A DNA stretch of 37,785 nucleotides, from positions 1 to 37,785 of IMG/VR virus record IMGVR_UViG_3300027764_000013; one strand, 5' to 3'. Numbering within the stretch: the stretch's first letter is position 1; every line of letters begins with the position of its first letter. Shown here one piece after another: positions 1 through 7,960 of this stretch. The position numbers and the translations under genes are program-made. The DNA comes from a virus (taxonomy: Duplodnaviria > Caudoviricetes). Under the pieces are notes generated by a model. It was not told the DNA's origin. It was given only the letters and a program-made list of their open reading frames with translations, and searched no databases.

Positions 1-77
1 GCAAGATGGATATTTTGACCTTCGTCGCTGACGGAACGAACTGGTACGGCTCCTATTCGCAGGGATACACCCCGTAA
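1..77 (+). CDS. 3' fragment of tail fibre gene (second copy of the end of 34291-35124)
   Basis: Encodes [24 protein letters not shown], identical to the end of 34291-35124. Confidence 0.85.
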   Translation, partial: KMDILTFVADGTNWYGSYSQGYTP

Positions 78-105
78 TGTTTGCTGCGAAGAACTTCTTC
101 CTTGC
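1..105 (+). repeat. Exact direct repeat of 35048-35152 (left anchor of the variable cassette)
   Basis: Base-by-base identity from gcaagatgga to cttcttccttgc, diverging at 106 vs 35153. Confidence 0.95.
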
Positions 106-925
106 TGGCGGGGCTTTGGCAACCCCAACCGTTGAGTATCTTGTTGTTGCTGGCGGCGGCGGCGGCGGGTCTACCGGAGCTGGCGGCGCTGGTGGGTACA
201 GAACCGCAAGCGGGTTGGCGGTTTCTAGAGGGACACCATACACAGTTACGGTTGGCGGTGGTGGAGCAGGTATCAACAATAATACCGGCACGACTGGCGG
301 GGCTGGGAGCGACTCTGTTTTTTCGTCAATAACCTCAACAGGCGGCGGCGGCGGCGCATCTCTTGGCGGCGGTGGAGCCGGAGTTGCAGGGGCGTCCGGG
401 GGCAGCGGCGGCGGCGGTATGGGCGGCGCAGGCGGTGCGGCTTCCCCATCTGGACAAGGCAACGCAGGCGGATCTGGACCGGGAAGCGGAGTATATGGCG
501 GCGGCGGCGGTGGTGGCGCTAGTGCGGCGGGCACAAACGGCACGACTTCAGTAGGTGGCAACGGCGGCAACGGCACGGCATCTTCCATTTCTGGCGCGTC
601 CGTTACTTACGCGGGCGGCGGTGCGGGCGGGACATTTTCTTCTGGCACTGTTGGCACTGCCGGTACGGGCGGCGGCGGCATTGCCGGGACAAGCGGGAAT
701 GGCAACGGGGGAAATGGCGGCGCTAATCTTGGCGGCGGTGGCGGCGGCGGGTCTTACTCAACAGGGCTTACACGATCTGGCGGCTCCGGCGGCTCCGGTA
801 TCGTCATCATTCGCTATCCAAGCACTTACGCAGATGCCGCATCAACAACCGGATCGCCCACGTTCGCCAACACGGGCGGCTATAAGATTTACACCTTCAC
901 CGGAAGCGGGAGCATTACCTTCTAA
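77..925 (+). CDS. Glycine-rich tail-tip / receptor-binding protein, allele A (282 aa)
   Basis: VEYLVVAGGGGG...GGSGIVIIRY...YTFTGSGSITF architecture of phage glycine-rich domains; TAATG coupling to the upstream fibre gene. Confidence 0.8.
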   Translation: MFAAKNFFLAGGALATPTVEYLVVAGGGGGGSTGAGGAGGYRTASGLAVSRGTPYTVTVGGGGAGINNNTGTTGGAGSDSVFSSITSTGGGGGASLGGGGAGVAGASGGSGGGGMGGAGGAASPSGQGNAGGSGPGSGVYGGGGGGGASAAGTNGTTSVGGNGGNGTASSISGASVTYAGGGAGGTFSSGTVGTAGTGGGGIAGTSGNGNGGNGGANLGGGGGGGSYSTGLTRSGGSGGSGIVIIRYPSTYADAASTTGSPTFANTGGYKIYTFTGSGSITF

Positions 926-1296
926 TGGCAAACTTCGCGCAGCTTGACTGGAGCTACATCATCACCGAAGTGATCGTCGTCAATAACGAGACGATCAACG
1001 ATCTGCCATTCCCTGAGAGCGAGTCTGCTGGCGTGGCGTTCCTGCAATCGCTCTTTGGCTCAACGACTATCTGGAAGCAGACCAGCTATACGGCCAGTTA
1101 CAGGAAAAACTATGCTGGTATTGGCTACACCTATGATCCCGTGTTGGATGCGTTCATCGCGCCGCAACCCTATCCCTCGTGGGTTTTGAACACGACCACA
1201 TGCCAGTGGCAGGCTCCTGTCCCGTATCCCGATGACGGAAAAACGTATATATGGGATGAGGCAACCTTGTCTTGGGTCTTGGTGGAGCAACCATAA
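925..1296 (+). CDS. Small partner of the glycine-rich tail protein (possible fibre assembly factor), allele A
   Basis: MANFAQL...WKQTSY...RKNYAGIGYTYDPVLDAFIAPQPYPSW; TAATG-coupled on both sides; homologous to 35933-36310. Confidence 0.75.
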   Translation: MANFAQLDWSYIITEVIVVNNETINDLPFPESESAGVAFLQSLFGSTTIWKQTSYTASYRKNYAGIGYTYDPVLDAFIAPQPYPSWVLNTTTCQWQAPVPYPDDGKTYIWDEATLSWVLVEQP

Positions 1297-3038
1297 TGCC
1301 ACTTGCACCTATCACAATCCCTCCCGGTGTCGTAAAGACAGCCACACCTTTACAGGTGAAGGGGCGCTATTGGGATGCAAATCTGGTGCGGTGGCGCTCT
1401 AACAAGCTGCTTCCTGTTGGCGGGTGGCAGCGCATCACTGCAACCCCTCTTGCAAGCACCCCTCGCGCTTTGTTCACCTGGACAACCAATGCAGGGACGC
1501 ATCTGACAATGGTTGGCTGCGGTGACACTCTCTATGCGCTAGAGGGGGCAACATATACTAACATCACGCCTGCCAATTTTGTTGGTGAGTCTGCGGGGAA
1601 TGTTGGCGGCTATGGCGCCTGGAACTACGGGACGCTGCTCTATGGTGACGACACTGATGCCACCTATCCAAGGCCGCAGTCTGCCTATTTCTATGGGTCT
1701 TTCTCGTGGACCTTCGATAATTGGGGCGGCGACGTTCTGGCGGTTGCATCAAGCGATGGCCGGTTGCTGCATTATGGCGAGGGCGAAGATCAGGCGCACC
1801 CTGTTGGCTACAATGACATTGCAACTGCTGTCAGGGTTTCCAACGTTATAACGATCACCACAGACCATCATCATGGGTTCATTGTTGGTCAATCTGTGGT
1901 CATTACAGGAACCAGCGTTGGTTCGATGAATGGCACGTTTACGATTGCAACGGTTCCAACTGAGTCATCGTTTACCTATAGTGACGCAGGCACAAATGCC
2001 TCTGGGACAGGTGGCGTGGCAAAGTCTGCTGCTGCTGATCTTCCGCCACTCAACAACCGTGGCGTCATCGTTACCGCAGAACGCCATGCAGTCTTGATCG
2101 GGGCAGGCGGCAACAATCGCCGGGTGGCATGGTCAGCCTCCGAGGATTACACCAACTGGGATTATGCCGACACGACGATAACCTCTGGCTATCTCGATCT
2201 AGATACATCAAGCGGGATCATCATGTGCGCGGCAGTTCGCGAAGGCACCCTGATCTGGACCGAGGATGAGGCATGGCTGATGCGCTATATAGGCCTTCCC
2301 TACATCTACGCTATCGAGCGCATTGGATTTGGCTGCGGCTTGATCGCACCGAGATCATTCGCTACGTTTGCCGGTCGCTGCATCTGGATGGGGAAAGAAG
2401 GCTTCTGGCTCTATGACGGCGGCGTTGTGAAGCCTCTGCCGTGCGACGTTGGTTCCTATGTCTTTGACAACATCGACACTGATGCTGGTATCCTCTACAC
2501 GCATGGTGCGGACAACAGCGTTTTCCCAGAAGTCTGGTTCTGGTATCCCGCAGATGGCGAGGAAAACCCAAACCTGTATGTCTGCTACAATTATGCGGAA
2601 AACTGGTGGTCCATTGGCGAGATGGAACGTACAGCAGCCCAGGGAGCCGGGATCTATCAATATCCGATGACTGGCGACAGTTCTGGCGAACTCTACTTCC
2701 AAGAGAACGGCTGGACGGCGGCTGGCGTCCCGATCACCACTGACCGCTATGCCGAGACCTCCAGCATCAATGTCACCAACGGATCGACGCTTGCCCATGT
2801 AAAGCAGACGATCACGGACAGCGGCTATGGATACGCCAGCACCCAACTGACGTATTTCAGCAGCTTCACGCCTGAGGGAACAGAATACACGTCTGGACCG
2901 TTCAGCCCGCGATCAGACGGTTACTGCGACACCAGGGTGACCGGGCGCGACTTCCGTGTGAAGATCGCCTCAACCCAAGATGCCGAGTGGAGCATTGGCG
3001 AGATGCGCATTGATCTATCAAGTGGGGGCGGTCGATGA
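1296..3038 (+). CDS. Tail nozzle / packaged-DNA stabilisation protein (P22 gp10-like beta-propeller)
   Basis: Start moved to the ATG in TAATG at 1296; VAWS..ED...W and GCGLIAP propeller-type motifs; lies just upstream of the ejection genes. Confidence 0.75.
   Translation: MPLAPITIPPGVVKTATPLQVKGRYWDANLVRWRSNKLLPVGGWQRITATPLASTPRALFTWTTNAGTHLTMVGCGDTLYALEGATYTNITPANFVGESAGNVGGYGAWNYGTLLYGDDTDATYPRPQSAYFYGSFSWTFDNWGGDVLAVASSDGRLLHYGEGEDQAHPVGYNDIATAVRVSNVITITTDHHHGFIVGQSVVITGTSVGSMNGTFTIATVPTESSFTYSDAGTNASGTGGVAKSAAADLPPLNNRGVIVTAERHAVLIGAGGNNRRVAWSASEDYTNWDYADTTITSGYLDLDTSSGIIMCAAVREGTLIWTEDEAWLMRYIGLPYIYAIERIGFGCGLIAPRSFATFAGRCIWMGKEGFWLYDGGVVKPLPCDVGSYVFDNIDTDAGILYTHGADNSVFPEVWFWYPADGEENPNLYVCYNYAENWWSIGEMERTAAQGAGIYQYPMTGDSSGELYFQENGWTAAGVPITTDRYAETSSINVTNGSTLAHVKQTITDSGYGYASTQLTYFSSFTPEGTEYTSGPFSPRSDGYCDTRVTGRDFRVKIASTQDAEWSIGEMRIDLSSGGGR
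1650..1776 (+). repeat. Exact 127-bp direct repeat of 37659-37785 (right anchor)
   Basis: Identity from gacactgatgcc to gctgcattatg at the window end. Confidence 0.95.
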
Positions 3039-3265
3039 GGGCTAATCTCCCGCCAGCACCGGCTAAATATGAGCCTGATTACTTTATCAGGGCGTTTGCG
3101 GCCATTGACCGGATCTTCAGCAGGACGGTTTCTACCATTGAGGTGACGGATTCCATCCTGCTTCAGTCGCCAAACGGATCAGTGTATAAGGTGACGGTAG
3201 GAAACACTGGAACTCTCACAACGACGTTGGTGCCACTTGGACAAACAGGCGCTCCTAATTACTAA
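3035..3265 (+). CDS. Small virion/tail-associated protein
   Basis: ATGA overlap with the nozzle gene; LLQSPNGSVYKVTV.N.GTL motif common in phage tail proteins. Confidence 0.65.
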   Translation: MRANLPPAPAKYEPDYFIRAFAAIDRIFSRTVSTIEVTDSILLQSPNGSVYKVTVGNTGTLTTTLVPLGQTGAPNY

Positions 3266-3611
3266 GCTTCAGATTGCGCTCGATCACGGTGGCAACACAC
3301 ACTCGGTCGAAGACGTGTTTGAAGCCTTGCAATCCGGCCAGATGCAGATGCTCTGGAAGGAGAACTCTGGCGTTGTGACGATGGTGAGCCAGTATCCTCG
3401 CAAACGGGCAATGACGGTTTTCTTGGTCTTTGGCGACATGGATGAGGCAATGACGATGCAGCCTCAGTTGATCCAGATGGCGAAGGACATGGGCTGCGAG
3501 TTTATCGAGATGAGCGGACGAGTGGGCTGGAGCAAGGTTCTGCCCAAATATGGCTGGCATCAAACGGGCATTTCTCATGCTCTGCCTATTATGGAGATGA
3601 ATCATGGGTAA
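3237..3611 (+). CDS. GNAT-like (acyltransferase-fold) protein in the podovirus ejection module
   Basis: AKDMGCEFIEMSGRVGWSKVL motif; position equivalent to T7 gp13-type genes. Confidence 0.6.
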   Translation: MDKQALLITKLQIALDHGGNTHSVEDVFEALQSGQMQMLWKENSGVVTMVSQYPRKRAMTVFLVFGDMDEAMTMQPQLIQMAKDMGCEFIEMSGRVGWSKVLPKYGWHQTGISHALPIMEMNHG

Positions 3612-4539
3612 GTCGGCACCTGAGTCACAGACTGTTACAAATAAGACTGAACTGCCTGAATGGGTCCAGCAGGCCGGTCAGCGGAACCTTGCTGCGGCCT
3701 ATGACGTCTCAGCAAACATGCTCGGCCCGTATGAAGGCCAGCGGGTTGCTAGTATGACGCCTGGGACAGAGAACATTGTTGGCAACATTACGCAGAATGC
3801 GGCCATGTCTCAGCCTGCCTTTGCCTATGCCCAGCAGCTTGCGGCACAGGCTGGCGGCTATCAACCGCAGCAGGTCCAGCCAGGGCAACTGGCGCAGACT
3901 GATCTTTCCCAGTACATGAACCCCTACACGCAGGCGGTTCTTGGCACCTCGCTCGATGTTCTCAACCAGCAGCGCCAGACCGGGTTGAACCAAGCCTATG
4001 ATTCCGCTCTGAAGGCTAAGGCTTTTGGTGGATCGCGGCAGGCCATCCAAGAAGGTGTTGTGAATGCAGCGGCGCAACAGCAGGCCGGGCAACTGGCAGC
4101 GCAGTTGATGGCGCAGAACTATGGGCAGGCGCAGACGGCGGCGCAGGCTGACATTACACGGGCGATGGAGGCTCAGCGGCTTAACCAGCAGGCCGGTCTG
4201 TCTGGCGCTCAGTTGGGCATCCAGGGTGCTGGGACATTGGGCAACTTGGCTAATGCTGGTCAGGAATCCTATCTGACAGGGCAGACAGGGGCGCTGACGG
4301 CTCAATCTCTCTTGCAGGCCCAGCAGCAGGCGCAGCTTGATGCGGCCCAGCAATCCTATCGTGAGGCGCAGCAATTCCCCATCCAGCAGCTTCAGATCCC
4401 AATTCAGGCTCTGGGTGCAACTCCGTATGGGCAGTCTAATACCCAGACCGGCCCGGGGCAGCAGAGCAACCCATTGCTGACGGGTCTTGGCGCTGCAGGA
4501 TCTGCCGTGTCGATCATGGCTGGATTGGCTTCACTGTGA
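3604..4539 (+). CDS. DNA ejection / pilot protein (internal virion protein)
   Basis: Gln/Ala-rich; YMNPY...AFGGSR motif; hydrophobic Gly-rich C-terminus. Confidence 0.75.
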   Translation: MGKSAPESQTVTNKTELPEWVQQAGQRNLAAAYDVSANMLGPYEGQRVASMTPGTENIVGNITQNAAMSQPAFAYAQQLAAQAGGYQPQQVQPGQLAQTDLSQYMNPYTQAVLGTSLDVLNQQRQTGLNQAYDSALKAKAFGGSRQAIQEGVVNAAAQQQAGQLAAQLMAQNYGQAQTAAQADITRAMEAQRLNQQAGLSGAQLGIQGAGTLGNLANAGQESYLTGQTGALTAQSLLQAQQQAQLDAAQQSYREAQQFPIQQLQIPIQALGATPYGQSNTQTGPGQQSNPLLTGLGAAGSAVSIMAGLASL

Positions 4540-5225
4540 TTGATACAGCACTCCAGTTCTCGGGTGGTAAGGACAGCCTTGCCTGCCTCTATCTCTATCG
4601 TGAGCGGTGGGATGATCTCTATGTTGTATGGCTGGACACCGGGGCATCCTATCCTGAGATGCTGGATTATATGGAACGCTGGTCAAAAAGGTTGCCGCAT
4701 TTCATCCATCTGAAATCGGATCAGCCTGCAAACATTGCGGAAAGAGGATGGCCGGTTGACGTTCTGCCGATTGAGAACACAGCACTCGGCAAGGCGATCA
4801 GCGGGAATGAAGGCCCAGCAATGCAATCCTGTTTGGAGTGCTGCGCTATCAATATCTGGATTCCCTTATATCAGGGGATCAAGGATCTTGGCTGCACAAA
4901 GATCATCAAGGGTCAGAGGATGGACGATCGGAGGAAGTCTACCTCGCAAAATGGTCAGATCATCGACGGCATCGAGTACATCATGCCGATTGAAGATTGG
5001 TCCGAAAAGCAGGTGTTTGATTACCTGGCGAAGGCTGGTGCTGATATGCCACCGGGTTATGGTCTGGGCGAGAAAACTGGCCGGGATTGCTGGAATTGCA
5101 CTGGCTTTCTGGACGACAACCTCAAACGCATCCATAATCTGCCAGACAGCAAGCGTGAAGAGATGCTGCGCCGCTTGGCAATCATCGACAAAGCAATCGA
5201 CGACCAGAGGGTGCGTTATGGCTGA
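4536..5225 (+). CDS. PAPS/APS reductase family (PP-loop) protein with a CC...CxxC Fe-S motif
   Basis: QFSGGKDS PP-loop, LDTG, ECC, GQRMDD, PIEDWS, DCWNC. Confidence 0.85.
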   Translation: MIDTALQFSGGKDSLACLYLYRERWDDLYVVWLDTGASYPEMLDYMERWSKRLPHFIHLKSDQPANIAERGWPVDVLPIENTALGKAISGNEGPAMQSCLECCAINIWIPLYQGIKDLGCTKIIKGQRMDDRRKSTSQNGQIIDGIEYIMPIEDWSEKQVFDYLAKAGADMPPGYGLGEKTGRDCWNCTGFLDDNLKRIHNLPDSKREEMLRRLAIIDKAIDDQRVRYG

Positions 5226-6132
5226 AATCAACGACATTGCATCCTACATCTGGCGGCGCTCCAAGGATTACAACGTCAATCCTGCAATGGCGCTTGGGAT
5301 TGCCAAGTCTGAAGGGTTGAACCCAAACACGATTGGATCACCCAGCTTTGGCAACAAGGATGCTAAAGGTTATTCCTATGGTCCGTTCCAACTCTATTCT
5401 GGCTCAACTGATCCAACCAAGGTTGCGCCAGGCGGGATGGCTCATGAATTTCAGCAGAAATATGGGGCTATTCCATCTGCTGAAAACTGGCAGCAACAGG
5501 TCGATTTCTCGCTGGATCGTATGGCAAACAAGGGGACTGGAGATTGGTATGCCGTCCGAGATCGCGGCGGCATTGGCAACATCACTAAGATCGGTGAGAA
5601 GTATGCCGGCGAACTTGGTCTGAATGGTGATCAGGCTGCTATGGCGCCACCGGCTGGTGCTACACCGCCTTGGTCAAATGCGGCCAGTGCAATTGGTAAT
5701 TTGGATCAGAAGTATCTGAACGGTGGTCTTGGTTTCATTGCCAGTCCGATCACAAACCTGCTTGGGATGGCTACTCCTCAGAGCAAAGAGCCGTCACCGA
5801 TTGGGTTTGGTGCGCCTCAACAGATGATGGGCGCAACACTGCCGCAGTCGCTGATGGGATCACAGCCACCTGGCGGCGTTGGACCTATGGCAACGGCTGG
5901 AGGCGGTCAGGCGGCAATGGCGGCTGTTCCTTTGGCTCCAAAAGATACGGGTTTCAGCATTGATAGTGCAACAGCAGGTCAGATCGCTGGTCTTGCCGGT
6001 CTTGGCAGTTCTCTGATGCAGGCTGGTCAGGGGAAGCCAAGTTGGCAACCTGGTGCTGCGGCTCCTGTGACTCGCGGCAAATGGCGTGATGACATCTTTG
6101 CCGGGCTGCTCGGCCCGCAGGCTTGGGGATAA
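5218..6132 (+). CDS. Ejection protein with an N-terminal lysozyme-like / lytic transglycosylase domain
   Basis: Start at ATG 5218 (MAEINDIA); NPAMALGIAKSEG with a candidate catalytic Glu and a GPFQL motif; low-complexity C-terminus. Confidence 0.7.
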   Translation: MAEINDIASYIWRRSKDYNVNPAMALGIAKSEGLNPNTIGSPSFGNKDAKGYSYGPFQLYSGSTDPTKVAPGGMAHEFQQKYGAIPSAENWQQQVDFSLDRMANKGTGDWYAVRDRGGIGNITKIGEKYAGELGLNGDQAAMAPPAGATPPWSNAASAIGNLDQKYLNGGLGFIASPITNLLGMATPQSKEPSPIGFGAPQQMMGATLPQSLMGSQPPGGVGPMATAGGGQAAMAAVPLAPKDTGFSIDSATAGQIAGLAGLGSSLMQAGQGKPSWQPGAAAPVTRGKWRDDIFAGLLGPQAWG

Positions 6133-6137
6133 TAGAC

Positions 6138-6524
6138 ATGGCGACAATTGAAGACATCAACAGCATGTATCTTGGTCTGACCGGCACCTCTGGCGATCCG
6201 CAGATCATTGGCTACCTCTCAGACGCCATCAACAATGGCAGGATGACGCTGGGAGACGTGCAGGCGCTGATCGCACCGCAACAGGCTATGCCTGCTGGTC
6301 TGCTTGGTCCTGCGCCCCAGCAGGCGCCACAGATCAGCCCAGACATCGCCAATGCCTTCATGCAGTCGCTGCTGTATCAATCTCAGTTGCCTGGCATGGA
6401 TCGCATGGAAAACCCGACTGCGGTTAACCCTCTCAACATCCTGCCCACGCCAGCGGCTCGACGTGTTAATGTAGGAACAACGCCATTACCTAGCTGGCTG
6501 GCTGAAGCTGCTGCAAAGAAGTGA
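6138..6524 (+). CDS. Small internal virion protein with a DUF4214-like helical motif
   Basis: INSMYLGLTGTSGDPQIIGYLSDAINNGRMTLGDV; located in the ejection operon. Confidence 0.55.
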   Translation: MATIEDINSMYLGLTGTSGDPQIIGYLSDAINNGRMTLGDVQALIAPQQAMPAGLLGPAPQQAPQISPDIANAFMQSLLYQSQLPGMDRMENPTAVNPLNILPTPAARRVNVGTTPLPSWLAEAAAKK

Positions 6525-6533
6525 GGACGACAC

Positions 6534-7955
6534 ATGGCTGAGAATGACTTTCTGAGCGGCCTTCTTGGTGGCGTGAAAGACGCTGGCAGTTCGATCTATG
6601 GCGGCATCTCCGGCCTTCTTGGTGGCGGGGAGCAGACGCCTGCTGCTGGTGGGCAGATGCCTGATAGCATGTCGATGATGTCACAGGCTGATCAAAGGCG
6701 GCTGATGTTTTCGACATTGGGTGAGCTGGGTGGAGTGCTGCTTGCTGCGGGCGCCAGACAGTCTCCTGAGAGCCGTGCGCAGGCGCTTGCAAAGCTTGGT
6801 GGCGTTGGCGGCAACATCCAGACGCAGTCTTACAACATCGCCCAAGCTAATCTGATGCGCCAGCAACTGCTGGAGAAGCAGCAGATGCTTGAGAGCCAGA
6901 AGCAGCTTGGCGAACTGGCGAAAGATCCAGAGGCTTACAAGGCTCGGTTTGGCTACGATCCAAGTGGCATTGCTGGATCGCAATTGATGGGCATCAATCA
7001 ACAGATTGTGGCTCAGAGGGCAACAAACCCATATGCGCAGGAAACTGCTTTGACGCAGCTTCAAGCTAATCAGCAAACATTGGCGCAGGCTTCTGAAAAG
7101 AAGTCGGCAATTGATGCGTTCCTAGCTAATCCAGACATTGATCCAAAAATTAAGGCAGCAGTCAGGGTTGATCCATCTCTGATAGGAAGAATGATACCTG
7201 AAGCGCAGAAATCAGGCGCTGAGATTCAGGAATATAACCTATATAAGACGCAGGAAGAGGCCGCTGGCCGCGTTCCAAAACTTTTCTTTGATTATAAAAT
7301 GGCCTTGAAGCCTCCTGGGACAACAGTCAATGTTGGGGATACCGCTGAAAAGGTAATGGCGACAAACGCTGCAAATCTGTTGCAAGAGCAACTTGCTACT
7401 GGTCAGGCCGCTGCTACAAACTTGGCTGGGAGCAACACCATTAGGGCATTGTTGGATGAAGGTGCGATCACTGGATTTGGTGCACAAGGAATAGTTGAAA
7501 TTGGGTCAACCTTGCAGAAACTTGGAATAACACCTGAAGATCCAAGGATTGCCAATAGCCGCGTTTTGATGACCCAGCTTGCCAATCGTTCGCTGGATGC
7601 AGCAGGACGAATGAAAGGTCAGGGCGCAATCACAGATCCAGAGCGCAAACTTCTCGAACAGGCTGCTGGATCGAACATTGCTCTTGGCGAAGGAACGATT
7701 CGCAAAATTCTTGATATTACAGATCGAGTGGACCAAGTTGCTTTGAAACAGGGAATAATTGCGGCTGGTGTCTTACAAGAATCACCTGGGATAAAGGCGG
7801 CTGGTCTTGGTGCCGCATATCCAAAGCCAGCAGAGCCAAAGCCATACACTCGTTCTGCTACTTTCCAAGGGCAGCCAATCACTGCCAAGCTCGGCGTTGA
7901 TGGGCGCTATTATGCGACCGTCAATGGTCAGCGTCTTGTGCTTCCAGAGGAGTAA
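6534..7955 (+). CDS. DNA ejection protein (internal virion protein)
   Basis: 473 aa, helical and Gln/Ala-rich; GAGGA RBS; position in module. Confidence 0.7.
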   Translation: MAENDFLSGLLGGVKDAGSSIYGGISGLLGGGEQTPAAGGQMPDSMSMMSQADQRRLMFSTLGELGGVLLAAGARQSPESRAQALAKLGGVGGNIQTQSYNIAQANLMRQQLLEKQQMLESQKQLGELAKDPEAYKARFGYDPSGIAGSQLMGINQQIVAQRATNPYAQETALTQLQANQQTLAQASEKKSAIDAFLANPDIDPKIKAAVRVDPSLIGRMIPEAQKSGAEIQEYNLYKTQEEAAGRVPKLFFDYKMALKPPGTTVNVGDTAEKVMATNAANLLQEQLATGQAAATNLAGSNTIRALLDEGAITGFGAQGIVEIGSTLQKLGITPEDPRIANSRVLMTQLANRSLDAAGRMKGQGAITDPERKLLEQAAGSNIALGEGTIRKILDITDRVDQVALKQGIIAAGVLQESPGIKAAGLGAAYPKPAEPKPYTRSATFQGQPITAKLGVDGRYYATVNGQRLVLPEE

Positions 7956-7960
7956 TTCAA

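Noticed and set aside
1-1776. Diversity-generating retroelement or invertase shufflon explaining the two tip alleles
   Set aside because: No reverse transcriptase or site-specific recombinase; differences are not adenine-specific; copies are direct and at opposite contig ends.
4735-5217. N-terminal 161 aa of the 465-aa ORF in the track
   Set aside because: Overlaps the PAPS-like gene in another frame; the real start is most likely ATG 5218.
4536-5225. Dnd phosphorothioation system or bona fide cysH
   Set aside because: No dndA/B/D/E or other cys genes nearby, and the CysH C-terminal ECGLH motif is missing; only family-level assignment is supported.
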